Assembly (NCBI GenBank): GCA_029953675.1
Contig: JAMWBK010000002.1
Location: 620,001-684,000, forward strand
Reading direction: 5' to 3'
Length of the DNA: 64,000 nt
Origin: Rhodosorus marinus CCMP1338
Taxonomy: Eukaryota; Plantae; Rhodophyta
Shown here piece by piece: positions 36,538 through 50,781 of this stretch. The first letter of the stretch is position 1, and each line of letters begins with the position of its first letter. The notes under the pieces were generated by a model. That model was not told the origin of the DNA, did not search any database, and saw only the letters and a list, made by a program, of their open reading frames with translations. The translations under genes and the position numbers were made by a program.

Positions 36538-39500
36538 TTAGGAAACGACTGCTGGCTTCGAGCTCGACAATCCAGCCCTCCGCTTGTATATCTGAAGGAG
36601 CTTCGGGCCTAGCTCTTTCAGAAGCTTGTATTCCGGGATCATGTCCACTGCATTCTGGGATTCATCGGACTCCGTGAACTGGTTTTCCATCGAAAACGTA
36701 GCGCGCGTAAGTGTCAAGCTGATACAAAAGAAACACGTAATTGAGTTGCGCGTTTCTCGCCTACCTTCTCGTACGCTACTAGGCATTCGTTCGCGCTTTC
36801 CATCGCCTCCTCTTCGCTGTGGCTATCTATCCATTCGACCATGTACTTTGTAGACCATTGCATTCGTCTATGCGGCTGTAATAGAGGAGCGCGAGCTCGT
36901 CCAAGTATATGGATAACGACGCAGCTAGGTTTGAGCTCGCTCAACATCTCGAGCAAGTTGTCGTCTATTGATGCCAGCTCATCGATCTCCATCTGAACAA
37001 GCTTTCGGAACGCGCGAAAGGCGCTGTAGGACTCTCCCAGATCCTAATTCGACCAATATGAGAGGTAATACAGCGCAACTGTCAAGAGCTAGTTGCCAAA
37101 AAGCTAAGGGCTAGACCGATGACTATGCGTTGGCAATCACCTTTTGAGCGCAGACTTTAACAACTACTGCCTCAAGTTCAGACATGTCGGCGGCGAGAAC
37201 GGTTCTTCGTCTTAGGTCAAGCGACCACAAGAGTGAAGCGTGCAGCACAAACTTGCTCAAGGTTTGCCGAGCTAGAGTGTGGACACTCATCGACAGCGCC
37301 CGTGATCGGACTACCCTGTCCAGGGATTCAGTCTTAAATCTTCGAAGCTTCTCAGATAAGACGAGGATGTATCTTTCCTTCATGTGAGTTGTCGACTCCG
37401 CTGAAGCTTTGCCTTCCTCGTTCATAAAGTCATCCTTCATCTTCAGCAAAGAACTGTCCACGGTTGTTCGAATCTACATGAAGCACGTAGTTCCGGATAT
37501 TAGTGACTGCGCTGCGTATTGAGGAGAAAAGCGGGAGCAGTAACCTACATCCAGGAACAACTTCTCCAAGAAAGTCTCTGACAGCGCTGTAAGGACCTCC
37601 GCCGCTTCAGTCACCTCCTTTCCATTCGTGATCTGGAGACCGAACATAGTATGGGCAGCAGCTCCCAGCGCGTAAAGACCTTGATTTGACATAAAGCGCG
37701 AAACCTCAGAACGCGAGCGCTGGTGCAAAAGGAAGCAACCTGCGAAGTCAACTTCTTCCAAACAGTCGGGGACGTACCGTCATAAAGGTCGCTTACGCTC
37801 TTGTCTTTTGCGTCTCCGAGCACCTCCTGGGCTTTCCCCGCGTACATATACAGCGCAGCTGCAACGTTCTTCGACGAGTTCACGAACAATTTGGGATCAC
37901 TCATGGTGCTTGAGAGCTCCGCCGCAAACAATCTAGCTAGCCCGTTCGCTGCGATCGTGCCCGGAGAGGGTGCATCCGGGCGGAACAAACTGATGATCGG
38001 ATCAGTGACACGCGAAAGGGATAGAGCGAGGTATTGCTTCTCTATCGGTAGGAGAGCGTCGAGGAAGTAGCCATCCAGCTCATCCCGAGTGATTACGGAG
38101 CCAGAGACGAATCCATCCAGTTGAGAAAGAGTAGCGGTGTTCATCAGTCGATCACAGAGGCTCCCAAAAATCTGCAACAACCTCGGATAGTCGTCACAGA
38201 GCGCGTGGAAAAGTACGGCTCCAGGAGTAAGCTGGTCGGTTCGGGGGAAACATGATGACGATTGTTAGACTCAATTCTACTCTTTCGAATTCAGGTGTTT
38301 GGGTTGATCTTACAGACTTGGCTCTATTTAGGGATCGGATGTGGTCCAGAAAATTCTTCGTGAAAAGCTTGAAAAAGGCCCGACAAACATGGAGTTCAGT
38401 TGCGTTGTTGAGAAAACTTGGGACCGTGGGGTCCTGTTTCCATTGGAGTACAAACTAGAAGAAGGAAAGAGGCTGGATGAGCAAGCGACGGCTTCAAGGG
38501 GTACATCTTTCGCATCCGTTTGTGCACTAAAACGTGGGATCCATACCTGCAACTTGATGATTTGTACTATTACGTCGTGTAGCTGCTCCATCGCGCCATC
38601 CAATCGCTTCCACATTTCAGGTGGGGCTATGTCGGCACGTGTGCTTTGGGCCGTCTTTTGCACCACTTGTTTGGTGTCAAATCCCTCGATGATTGCTTTT
38701 TGAGCTTGTGCGACCAGATTCTTCACCTCAACATTAAGCCGTTCCTCAAGGTTGCCTAAAAGGGCGAGCGACTGCAGAGCCGCGGCAATGATTAGCGGAT
38801 CACCGCTAGCCATCGCGTTCCTAAGCGTATCCGTGACCTTATTTTTGTACTCGCTGCTGGCTTTTCGTATAGCGGGGAGTTCTCTGGCAACAATGTCCAC
38901 CCGATCAAGTGGTGGCGTTTTTGCCAGCTCTTCCAACTCCCGAACAGCTTCAGCAGTGGATTTTAGACCATCCGCATCCATGCTATCGTTGCTGTTACAA
39001 AATGATTGCAGCTTGTTGCTACAGGTCTGGAACCGTACAACCTGCTGCAGCAAATCTGCCGCCAAGGCGGCGTTTTTCATCTTGTGGATTGACCTCTGAA
39101 TCTTTTCGAACGGGTCGTTCAGACTGTCGACAAGCTGGTCCGTTGTAGTTGCGAGTTTGTTAAGTCCATCGGATAGGGACTCTATCTGCTGCTCAAGAGC
39201 ACTGACAGCCTCCACCTCACCGAGCAAAGCGTCCTGTCTCCTTATTACCTCCTCTCTAACCTGCGCTGAGACAAGATTCGCCGCGTTCTCTGTTTCTTGA
39301 AGAGACCTGGAGACCGTCCCATTTCCGATCGCGTTCCCCACATGTTTCACAGCGTCGAAGTCCTCAGAGAGGAAGAACTTGAGGCTGCTGTCGGTCTTAA
39401 AGCTCGATAGAATCGTGTTCAATTGGTTTCCCACATTTTCACTGTTGAGGTCGAGAGTTTCCATCCCCGGCAGCTCCCCCCCCGCAAGCATTCCGGGTAT

Positions 39501-39599
39501 AGGGGACATCAGTGGGGATCCCAGACCACTCCCAGCGTAGCTCCATGGGCTCTTCGCCGGTGATCTAGATCCAAGCTGAATCTTAGATGGGGTCGTCAT
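36538..39599 (-). CDS. COG5: Conserved oligomeric Golgi complex subunit 5, multi-exon
   Basis: N-terminal FLSEDFDA..VREEVIRRQDALL..LNDPFEKI..ADLLQQVVRF; C-terminal FVLHASLLWSL..LAADMSELE and PSCVVIHILGRARAPLLQPH..WIDSHSEEE. Confidence 0.82.
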
Positions 39600-40919
39600 C
39601 ACTTCACCTTCATTCCGGAATAATGAAACAATACAACACGGTCATCTGATACACCCGGTCATTATACCAGCGGCGTCTTCCCCTCCAAAATACTGCGTTT
39701 GTCAATCCGCTGTCTAATAGATTCCAACCCAGCGAGGGATTGGTTTTTGACGAGTGCTTCGAACTCTGAGCAAGGAGCAAAAGAGCGTAAAATCAAGCTC
39801 GGTTCTCAGAACGCTTGCCTGAGAGGCATTTCTAGAGCTCCATTGCTCAATGGGTGGATGCTTGGCTCACTGGGCCTTTGCACGAGACCTGAAGAAATCT
39901 ACTATCACGTGGGTTTTGGTTTGGGTTTGATAAACGATGAACGGAGCTAGATATCCTTTGACCTGGACCTGTTGCTCACGGATTGTCTGAAGAGGGATTA
40001 GCAGGAAGCCTCAGGCACGCCGGGCTAAGGGGAAGGTTGAAAACACCCCGAGAGCACAGGTTCTTGCAGTCTTCGACCGCTGCTTGAGAAACTCACGTTT
40101 GAATGATCAGTGCTCTACCGGCTTTCTAAAGACTGTTGCTGCACCGTGGGACAGAGTTCTGCTATACCAGAGACCAGAAATCTTCCGCAGATGATCAGAA
40201 CCAACGCTAGTATCCGTTTGCGTCCGGTCCCGTAACCTCCAGCCTGGCAAGCGTTCGGACATAACTCATGCCGATCCCTCCTTCAAGTGCCCCAATCTTG
40301 AATCCACCGGGGAAGGGATCCTAACTGTATTCTGAATCCTCAGAAGCAAACACAAAGCTGAAGACAGACCGTACATGTTGCCAACATCACTCTTTCCATC
40401 CACCTCGACGTCAACCTCCAACGCTTCCAAACTTTCTAAAACAAGCCCGTTTCTGACTCAACATTTCTAATAAATCCTAACCATATTTTCTCAACCTCCC
40501 CCCTTTTACATTTCTTTTTACTGCATAATTATTTAGAAAACAACTTTATTGATGTTGATCTACCCCTGTCAAATCTTTCTTCGACGTTATTTATGTTCAG
40601 TTGTTCTTAATTTGAGATTTCTCTGACCGCCGTGGGGATGGATTGGTTGGTGTGCCAGTCGATGAAGACGACGTCGCGAGGTATCTGCAGCGCTTAGGGG
40701 GTGTTAGGGATGTGGCGTGAGTTTTGCTATTGGGAGCGTAGCTGTTAGCGTAGCTTTTTTTGGTGACGTAGTGAAAGTCTTCATCATAATGATTTAGACT
40801 AGGCGGATAATTTGCAGTGAAATTTTGGAAGCGAAGGAAAGAGCTGAGGCGGTTGTGTTCGTCGTTTTGCCGGGGGGAGGGGAGGGGGGTGGTTTGGTTA
40901 AGAAATAGGATGGCGTTGT

Positions 40920-42622
40920 CGCTTCTATATGAATCGGCAGTTGGATACGCTCTTTTTGATGTTGTAGAAGGGCCGGATATATCCCTGGGGACGGAGGAGG
41001 TGATTAAGGCTCTGAGTGAGGCGAGCAGGTTTGCCAAGTTGGTGAAGTTGAAGGCGTTCTCGCCGTTTACTTCCGCCGAACATGCGCTTGAGAACATCAA
41101 TTGTATCAGTGAGGGAACTGTCTCAGAGTACTTGAAGTCTCTGTTGGAGGCAAACCTTCCAATCGGGAAGAAAGGGAAGAAGAGCAAGTTCTCGCTTGGC
41201 GTTATGGACAGCAAGCTCGGTAAGTGGGGATCAGACTGTGAAGTCGTAGTCGTTTCTTCTATTCCATGTCGTTCGCTAAGAAGGAGATTCTGATTCACAG
41301 GAGCCTCACTGCACGAGGAACTCGGCTTATCTGTGACCTCAGCCGAGAATGTGCAGGAGTTGATCCGCGGGATTCGGATCCACTACGAGAAGCTGATCGG
41401 GCAGCTTCAGACCGGGGATCTTGCACGGGCCCAACTCGGATTAGCGCATTCGTACTCAAGATCGAAGATCAAGTTCAACGTGCATAAGGCTGACAACATG
41501 ATCATCCAAGCAATTGCCTTGTTGGACCAGCTGGACAAGGACGTAAACACCTTCGCGATGCGCGCTAAGGAATGGTATTCCTGGCATTTCCCAGAGCTGG
41601 TGAAGATCGTTCCGGACAACTACAAATATGCCCGTCTGGTGAATATTATTCGGAACAAGCAATCACTGGATGAGTCGAGTCTGCCTCAAATCGCAGAGGT
41701 GGTTGAAGACGAGGACATGGCGAAGGAGGTTCTAGAGGCCTCAAGGTCCTCTATGGGTGAGGAATGCTTTCTGGTGCTCGTTTGGCACCAAACCTTCTAG
41801 TTCGACCTCGGCCAACTGAACCGAACCGTTTCTTCTCTTACCCTTGCCAGGAACCGATGTCTCACCAATCGATCTTATCAACATTGAAATGTTTGCGATG
41901 AAAGTGGCTGAACTTGCTGACTTTAGGCGTGAGCTTCAAAACTATCTTACGGGCAAAATGCATAACGTCGCACCAAATCTCGGCGCGTTGCTCGGGGACC
42001 AGGTCGGAGCGCGGCTGATAGCTCACGCAGGGTCCTTAACCAACCTTGCAAAGTACCCGGCCTCCACTGTACAGATCTTAGGGGCGGAGAAAGCTCTGTT
42101 CAGGGCTCTCAAGACGAAAGGGAAAACTCCCAAATATGGTCTTCTATTCCACTCATCATACATCGGCAAAGCGAAGCAGAAGAACAAGGGTAGAATCTCA
42201 AGGTATCTCGCGAACAAGTGTTCGATCGCCTCGCGAGTGGATTGTTTTGCGGATACCACGTCTGATGTCTTTGGGCTGAAGCTGAAGGAACAGGTTCGTG
42301 CTTTGCATCGTTCGTGTTTATGACGATCGTGAGTGTCGCTAATATTGTTAACTGGTGATCTCCTGGGTTTTAGGTCGAGGAGCGGCTCAAGTTCTACGAG
42401 TCTGGTGCGCGACCAAGAAAGAATATCGACGTAATGCATCTCGCACAGAAGGAAGTAGCTGCGATGGAGGACGCTGAAGATGCTGCGGCAGAAGAGTCTG
42501 AGAAGAAGAAGGACAAGAAGAAGAAGAAGAAGAGAAAGGCAGAGGACGCTGGCCCAGAGAAGGAATCCGACGAGCCCGTGAAGAAGAAGAAGAAGAAGAA
42601 GAAGAGCAAGGACAAGAAGTAA
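40920..42622 (+). CDS. NOP56: Nucleolar protein 56 (box C/D snoRNP), multi-exon
   Basis: [107 protein letters not shown] tail. Confidence 0.96.
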
Positions 42623-43192
42623 GAAAAGTTCAAAGTATTCTAAAAGGGAGACCCAGACGTTTTTGGTGAAGCGAAACCCTGTTCTCCTGGATTGGTCTTT
42701 TCCAACCTTCCTAAGTATTACATATTCCACGAAAATTAAAAATCGCGATGACTACAACATGAAATGCTGTGTAACAAAGCAGACAAGCATCGGGAGGCCT
42801 CCCTGATCACGAGGTAGTTAAGGAGAACGCTCGTCGCCATGCGACCAATCCATGACTCTAGAAGCAAAACCAACCTCGCTGCGCTGCCACGAGAATCAAT
42901 CATACAAATAGAGTCTTAGCCGCCTGCCTTGCAAGTTGCTTTGTAAAGGGAATTATTCCAGTGCTGCCGATCGCTGCCTCAGCGTCATCACCTTCAGAGC
43001 TGGATCGGATGGATTGTGAGTTCACATGGGTCGTCAACGGACTGTGTAGCTAAAGGAGCGGTGTGGCTGCTACTTCTCCTGCGACTGTGTGTGATGTTTT
43101 CATGACGGACACTAGTATTGGTTCGAAGTGACCGCCAGAGATCCCCAGCTGCGTCTGGGAGTGTCTATTTACGCTTCAGAGCGTGAATAAGG

Positions 43193-44187
43193 ATGAGTAC
43201 CAGAGCTGCTAGACGGGCAGCAATGCAAGGGGAGGGGCACTTCAGGATTCATAATCTACACGGAGCATATCCCACTCCTAGATCAAATCGGTTGACGTTG
43301 CCGGATAGGCACTTTTTGAACCTGGATTCAGTGAACGCGGCTGGCCTCAAGGGTCTTCATCGACTGGTCACAAAGTTCGTGGCGAAGGGCGAACCTCTTC
43401 AGTATGTCAAACTGCAATCGGAAGACTGTGAGGGTGAAAGATTTCGTGAGCTCATAAAAGCTTTCGATCAGAACCTGGCCGTGCAACTGGGTAAGGAGAA
43501 GACCGATTGAACGTTAGCGAGTGCTTTTCTATGGATGAGAGCTAAGAAAATATGATTCTCGCCCTGCTTGCATTCCAAACTGAAACAGCCATTGGACATC
43601 GATGCTTTGTTTACGGATTGTCACGAGGTGACAAGGCTCCCAGGGCCATCACGCACGGAGTTCCCTTCGTAAGGTTTACTTTAGGAAGGGCGTGGAGATT
43701 TGAACGCATGCCCGTGTCGTCCGGGTTGGGTGCGGTAGGATACTTCAATCGAGACCCAAAGATCCCTGCAATTGATCTCGCTTCTGTAGAATGTTAAACA
43801 AATCCTTTTACGTTGGGTTTCGTCCGTTCTGCCCCAAAGGTTATTGATGGGGTAAACTATGCGCCTTTGTGGTCGAAGCTCAAATTTGATGAGAAGAAAC
43901 CTGAGAAACGAAGAGTGCGATATGCGCGGTACATAGCTCAAGAAATGGGTGTAACCGAGCCATCTCTTATTGGCGTCTCGATACCAGAGTGCAAGCATGA
44001 GCGTGACGAAGCGACATCACTTTCTCATGCTCTTGGGAGCCCAGCTCCAAAATTTGACGATCGGCCCGAGCGATTGAAGGAACACGGGCTCCGTATCTAC
44101 AATACCACGGAAAGCCTCGGGTTTGCGGAAAAGGAAACTCTTCGGCTGAAGCCTTTTAGAACTGAATGGGGTCAATCAAAGGAGTAA
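43193..44187 (+). CDS. Hypothetical multi-exon protein
   Basis: Three same-strand ORFs (43193-43510, 43552-43797, 43813-44187) separated by intron-sized gaps with GT/AG ends; no recognised family. Confidence 0.5.
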
Positions 44188-44280
44188 TTGTACACCGACA
44201 TCTCAGATGGGGAGGCTTGAGGTTCACCACGATGGAGATCCCGAAAACAATCTGGAAAGCACGACGTTTAAAGCTGGAGG

Positions 44281-45537
44281 TTAGATATGGAGCCGTTTCC
44301 GTATGCATCTGAAAATCTCACCTTTGCAGAAGAAGGCTGGGCTTTCCTCCGCTAGCGGATCCTCGAGAACAAGCTTCGTTGCTTGCCGAGATAAGCAGAC
44401 CTGAGAGTGCACATCCCGAACGTCGTGAGCAATAGTTACCTGCTGGGTACGGAGACGCTCATGACAGCTGATAATCACGCAAAGTCTTCACTCACCGTGC
44501 ACTTTCTTGTTCTTCCGGGCAGCTGGTAGACTGTCATTGGAAACGATTCCGGCCCAGATGCCTCGAGCCCGAAACTCCTTGAGTGCAGGTCTCGAAAGAC
44601 TATAAGATGCTCGCAGTTTTGCTATAATACAGTAAAACACAAAAGAAAGATGCCAAAGTCGTGGTTCAGCTGCGGAGATATGTGAACGGTGAGGTTTGAA
44701 GCCATCTCCTACTCTGTGAACATAGATATACGGAAACCCGAGACGAATCTTCAGCCTATCAAACGTTGTAGAGGACATCTCTTCTATGGACAGGTTCGAG
44801 TAGTTCAAGCTTGGCGCCGCGTTCACAGCAGCTTCACGAAATTCCGACTTGATTCGCTTTCGAGACGACGCTGCTCGCGTGGTTTTCTTAGGTGTTTGCC
44901 TCCATTGCTGCTTGTGCCTATCAAGAAACTGCTTGACTGTAGCGGAGGAATCTCCAGGTCCACCACATCCGTAAAAGACGCCTTCGATAAAGAAGAACCC
45001 GCCATTGGAGACATTTTCACTGGCTTCGTCGATTCTACAGGAGATCTTCGTGCTGAGTGCATCCAGCTTCTGGTTGCTAAGAACGAGGAATTCCTGCGAT
45101 TTGTTCGCTCGAGTGGACTCATAGACGGCGACATGGACAACAGCCACTTCTTCGCCGCCCCCTCCATCATGGGGCCGAGATGGCGCCATGTTCGCTTCGC
45201 GGCCATTTTCCGTGGTTAGTTCGAGGGGAGTGAAGGGCTTCTTCGTCAGGACTTTCAGCCGATAAGACTTCAGGGCACAGTCTGTATCGACTAGAGTTCC
45301 TTCCTTGTCCTCATCATCAGCTCTAGCCTTATCTACATTGCTGCGCCGTCCTCTTCTACGAGCAGGCAGAGGTGGTCGAACTTGCCGAAGTCCATTCACA
45401 TCAACTCCATCAAGAAGCCTGGAAGGGTCTTCCTCCTTGACGGAACTCACAAACTGAGAAAAATCTTGCAACTCAGCACCAAATTCGCCCACGCTCAACA
45501 AATCTGAGAACCCCTTTCGAAGTTGCTCATCCACCAT
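44281..45537 (-). CDS. SNAPC3: snRNA-activating protein complex subunit 3 (SNAP50)
   Basis: QEFLVLSNQKLDALSTKISC, GFFFIEGVFY, MSSTTFDRLKIRLGFPYIYVH, CLSRQATKLVLEDPLAEESPAFFC; 3' end approximate. Confidence 0.85.
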
Positions 45538-47199
45538 CACGGACAATCCTGTCACACGACGATGCCTGCTGTAGAGCAGCTCAGTCCTCTAAGAGGGCCA
45601 TATTAAGTACATCGATGATTGTCAAGAGAGTCAGCCACACAAGGAACAAGATCCTTTCTTCTGGAGGAGTCTGACACCCCGAAGACGCGGGCAAATGGTT
45701 TCTTGGTAATGCACGGAAGCTTCCAACCTTCTCAAACAGAGAGAATCCTTCAAGGGCCAGACTAACTTTGCGTGTCTTCGACTTTGACGAAACGCACTAT
45801 GACCGGATTGAGAAGACTCAGCAGGCTATACTAGAACTACCGTACAGAGGCCAATGTAGGTTGGAGAATGGCAGGCGTCGTCACAAGATCGACTCAACAT
45901 GCTGTAGCGACCAAGGGCGGTGAAGTCCTCCTTTTCAGCCCAAAAAGCATAGAGCGGGTGCTGGAGACACGCTCGGCAGCTGGATAGTACAAACGTCTGG
46001 CAGCCGCCCATGAACAGCACGGCAACAAGGCAGGCTTCAGAAGGGAGCACAGGGAGTCTCTCTCCGGAACCGCATCCAGACCAACTGGAAAAATAATCTG
46101 TTCCAGCTTATCAAAAAATAAGACTATATAAAGCCAAAGGTCTTATCTGAAAAAATCCATTCGCGTGGCGGGTTGAGAAAAACGACCCACTCCATCCCTT
46201 CCCGCCACTGCCGTACCTCGGAAAAAACTTGTCTCTTTCACGTGGCGCCGGGGAGATATGGATAATTCTCCCTGCAAAGACCCATCTGCATTAAGTACCG
46301 GGAAAAAAAAGAGAACATCGAGCACGTTGCTACTATGTTAGCAGCCCAACGTCCACCTTCTTCCCTAAACTGGAGAACCAAAAGGAATTTGAACCTCGTC
46401 AAAGCCCACAACAAACATGATTAGTACACATTAGTAAATAAAACATGTACTGAAATTACACTGCCAGGATTTCTTCAGTCAATTCTAGACTGAAGCCCTT
46501 GTAGACCATTTTCTTCTCAAAAACAAAAGTCAAACGACCTTCCAAAACTTCCAACTCGGCTGCTTACAGTAGCAATCATTTTGAAAATCTAGTTGACTGC
46601 TTTATACCGTGAAACTCGTCGGCATATTCTACCAACAAATGCTGGAATAATACGGTTTATGCTTTTATTTTGAGGAAAATAATCAACTCATTATCGTACT
46701 ACTTGGTAATTGTACGGTCCTGTCGTCAGTTTATTTTTGACTGAATATAGTATATTGACTGTATATCAGTCATTATATTTGTTTGTTTGGTGCGTTTTTT
46801 TTTTCCGTTGATTGGGGGCGGGGCGGGTTTGCTGTCGGGTTTTCTTTCTTTCTACATATATATAGACTTCCGTGCAAATGTCTGCACCGACCACATGGAG
46901 GAGCTGGCTTGGGTTTGGTGGCAAGAAGACTATGACCCAGATGATCTTAATCCGACTATTGTTGCTATTGGAGAGTGCTTACGGATTGCTTTTTTTTTCT
47001 GAGCGAAGGTGTTTTTGTTAGATATCTGTAAGTGTAACTGCTTGCTTTGGTCAGATTTTTTTTTGGAGGCGTTACTGTGGGTTTTTGTGGTTTAGGATCT
47101 GACCTGCTTCTTTAGGAAGCTTGCGGGTTGGTTTTTGTTCTTAATCGGAGTAGACGCACCTAGCTCTGATCTTTGTGTGATCCCTGGATTGTCGTCAGG

Positions 47200-48773
47200 A
47201 TGAGGAGCGGAGTGTACGCCTCGGTCTTGGTGGTGGCCGGGCTTTGGCTCTCCGTGAACAGTTTCAGCCTAAAGTTGGAGGATGTGAACTGTTCCGCTGT
47301 TGAGCTTAATGATGCGAATAAGGGTCTCAATGACGTTTTGTCCAGGTTGACATCTCGCTCGAACTTTTTCAGCATTTTCAAGGTAGATTTGCTGAAGGAG
47401 TGCCCCTTCTGGCCCGATGATGGCATGTGTACGAGCAAGGACTCTTGCGGGGTCGAATGCTGCGGAGATGATGAGATTCCTGTAGCCTGGAGAGCTGATG
47501 GTGAGGTTCTTATTCCCATAGATGCCCCTTATTGGTGGCAAGCACCGACGTCGATTCAGTATGTTAACCGATTACCCACTGTTCGCGTCTGATTCAGGTG
47601 AAGAAGGATGTGTGGAGTGTAAAGATGATCCTAAGCTTGATACCAGAGTCAACGACGAGGGGCTGTTCTCATTCCAGGCAACAGACAACGATGTTTGGAC
47701 CATCCAGGATGACGAGAAGGAAATGATATATGTGGATTTGAGGACAAACCCTGAATCGTATACGGGGTACAGGGGAGACTCCGCGAGGAAAGCTTGGACA
47801 GCGATTTACGAAGAAAACTGCTTCAGCTTTGCGAAGAATTGTCAGGGCGGCATCTGCGACTCAGAATCTTGCAAAGAAGAGCGAGTATTGTTCAAGCTAA
47901 TCTCTGGGATACACACGTCTATCACCATGAGCATAGTCAAGGAGTTTGTAACAAGAGATGACGGGTAGGCTGTTAAAGTTTTCTCGAGCTCATCTAGTGC
48001 CATGTCAGGGTGCGGAACTGAGCGAAGGCTTTTATCATCGTAGGTCATTGGATCTTGACATGTACCTGAAGAGGGTTGGGTATTTTGAAGATAGGAAGGG
48101 TAACCTCTACTTCCTACTGGCACTGCTCACTCGAGCAGTTGCCAAGTCAGTAGATACGTTGGCTGAATTCGAGTACTCCACAGGGAATTCAACAAACGAC
48201 TCCGAGACTGCGATGATCTTGCAAGAGCTGTGGGAACATCCTTCAATTAAGCCTGGATGCTTGAAAACCTTCGACGAAACAGATATGTTCCAAGGGCTTC
48301 CTGATCTTAAGGACGAATTCAGACGACATTTTCGGAACATTTCCTCAATCATGGACTGCGTTGGATGTGAAAAATGTAAACTATGGGGGAAGCTGGAGTT
48401 CTTGGGACTTGGAACTGCATTGAAGATTCTGTTTGACGGCTCTCCGCAGCTGCAGAGAAACGAAGTCATCGCGCTTTTCCAGACCTTGAAAAAGACGAGC
48501 GACAGTGTAAGCCTGGTCGAAACTTTTGAATATGCAGTACTTGAAGAGAAGGCTAAGGAAGCGAAGAAGGCCCAGGATACAAGGAAGGCGGAAGCGGTCA
48601 AGGAAGCGTTGTTGATAGCAAATGAGTACGCTTTGCCAGTTCTCGCGTCTGTGCTGGTGGCCTTATTAACTACGGTAGCGGCGCTTCTGCTTCGCCGTCA
48701 ACCTGCCGGAACTAAGAAACAGGTCTTTGCGGTCCCAAAAACCAACGGGTCAATCAGAAGGCGCACGGAGTAA
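47200..48773 (+). CDS. ERO1: ER oxidoreductin 1 with predicted C-terminal membrane anchor, multi-exon
   Basis: Signal peptide; FFSIFKVDLLKECPFWPDDGMC, YVDLRTNPESYTGY, FKLISGIHTSI, FRNISSIMDCVGCEKCKLWGKL (CxxCxxC). Confidence 0.94.
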
Positions 48774-49625
48774 CCACGATCTTTGTCAAAAGGAGAGTCT
48801 TTTGTTTATGGTGATGTATGGAGAGTATTTTAAGGAGTAGTAAATAATTGCTGGCGTTTGCGAGTTGCCTGAATAAACCAGTGGTTCTCTTGCATCTCGC
48901 GAACAACACTCGAAGCTCAACACCGTGATTTTGGCTAGATCGTCATCCATTGAAGTAGTTTGCAACGAGAGATGTGGTCAGACCAGCCACGGCACCGAGG
49001 TCATGAACAAAGCGGGTCCGTGGCAAATCGATCCTCGCGGCTAGATCACGTGTAGTCCCTCAACCTTTCTATCATAAGCCTAGACCCGCTTTCCAAAAAT
49101 CTAAACTGACCAATAAAGGTACGGTATATCTGGATAACACGAGGATTCAATCATTAATATGTTTATTCCTTTGAAAGGGCGTAAATTAACCAACCATGAA
49201 ATCTATACTCTACTAATGAACAAAACGAAATTTTTAATTGGTGAGATTAGTCCATTTTTGACTGATGTCATCACTTTGCTTATCTTGAATTAGTTAGCGT
49301 ACAAATATCCAATTAAAAAATAATACGTGTCCTAAATGACTTAAACGTATGATAGGATTTATTATTGGTTAATAGGCTACTATGGGCTTAAGTCAACGTT
49401 CGACGCCGTCGGGGCGTCATGATTAGTTCTAAAAATCAATCTGCTGCTTGGGAAGCCACTGTTGATGATAAAACCAAAGGTTTTTTTGGTTGTACGAAGT
49501 CAACGGGGGAGGGCAGGGAAGCGAGTTCGTTGAAGGTCTGAGAACGAGGATTGTGCTTGAGAGTGTAGTTCTGTATAGTTTGGATTGTCTGGAAGTTTTT
49601 GATCGTCGCAAGACAGGAAACAATT

Positions 49626-49985
49626 ATGGTAAGTATTTTTTCATTGTCAAGCTGGTTTGAGTCGTGTTTTGCTTTGGTTGTTCTACCTGTTTAGCAGGGC
49701 GAGACTCTGCTCGATTGGTTTGGGGAAGGGTTGTTAAAGGTTCGCTTTGTTTTCTTTGGCTGTTGCTTGTAGGATCAGCCCGTTAAGAATGCGAAAGTTA
49801 AGCAGATCATCGGAAGAACCGGCTCCCGAGGAGGAATCACTCAGGTCATGGTAGAGTTTATGAATGACGATGGCGTTGGAGGAGGCGACAGCCGATCGAT
49901 CATTCGAAACGTTAAGGGGCCTGTGAGAGAGGGAGACATCCTTGCACTTTTGGAAACTGAGAGAGAAGCTCGTCGACTGCGCTAG
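49626..49985 (+). CDS. RPS28: 40S ribosomal protein S28 (ATG-only first exon; intron 49629-49772)
   Basis: M|[59 protein letters not shown]. Confidence 0.95.
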
Positions 49986-50781
49986 ACCCATTCGCCGTCC
50001 GACGCTACCGTTTGACTGCAAAATGTATTCCGCTAACCACATGTACGACGCACTGGAGCTATAACCATCTGAATCGGATCAGTCGAGGGGGCAGACGTTT
50101 GAATGGGAAAGTGGTTGAGCCTTTATCCCAAAGCGTCGGTTCCTGAACTGGTTTTTTCAGAATAATTAAAAACACGAGGATTCCTGAAACCCCAACGTCC
50201 TAATGCCATAGAGATTCGGCCCGGCGACCTGACTTAGATCGACGCAAGCACGGAAAAGAACCCAACTTTCCCTGCCTCAAACCGAGGAAGAGCGGAGAAC
50301 CCGTAGTCCGCAACGCTATGGTGCCGCATTCGAAAATTGACAGGACCTCAAAGGTTTTGTTACGCCCAGTCGTCCAGAAAAGCATTTAAAAATCGATTAA
50401 GATTCTCTCACAAGGTAATTGCAAGAGAGCCTGAACGATGATGCTTTCGATGATAATCCTTTAAAGCATACCCCTCACTCCGCGACAAGTTTGAAAGAGC
50501 ACCCCAGAGAGCCTGTGCTTTGTAAAAACACGTTAAGAGTCATCTCCAAAACGCAGTCAATATTTCTAATAGACTGAATATACTTGTTTTTATTGATTGA
50601 TAACAATATCCGTATTCTAAATAGACTGAATAGTATTGACACTTAAAGTTTGATGAGACGCGAATCCGATTCTAGATAAGACGGTAGAGGTTCTGGTCGT
50701 CTTGCAGGTTGCAGAAACTGGGGCTTTGTTTATGACTCTGGGAGGTCAGGAGGAAGAAGTGTTTGTGTCGAGGAAGGAACA

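Noticed and set aside
42470-42622. (AAG)n-rich low-complexity tract
   Set aside because: It is the normal KKE/D tail of NOP56
43100-43145. GGTTCGAA T-loop-like strings here and at about 3502, 8281 and 8375
   Set aside because: No complementary T-stem, D-arm or acceptor stem; not tRNAs
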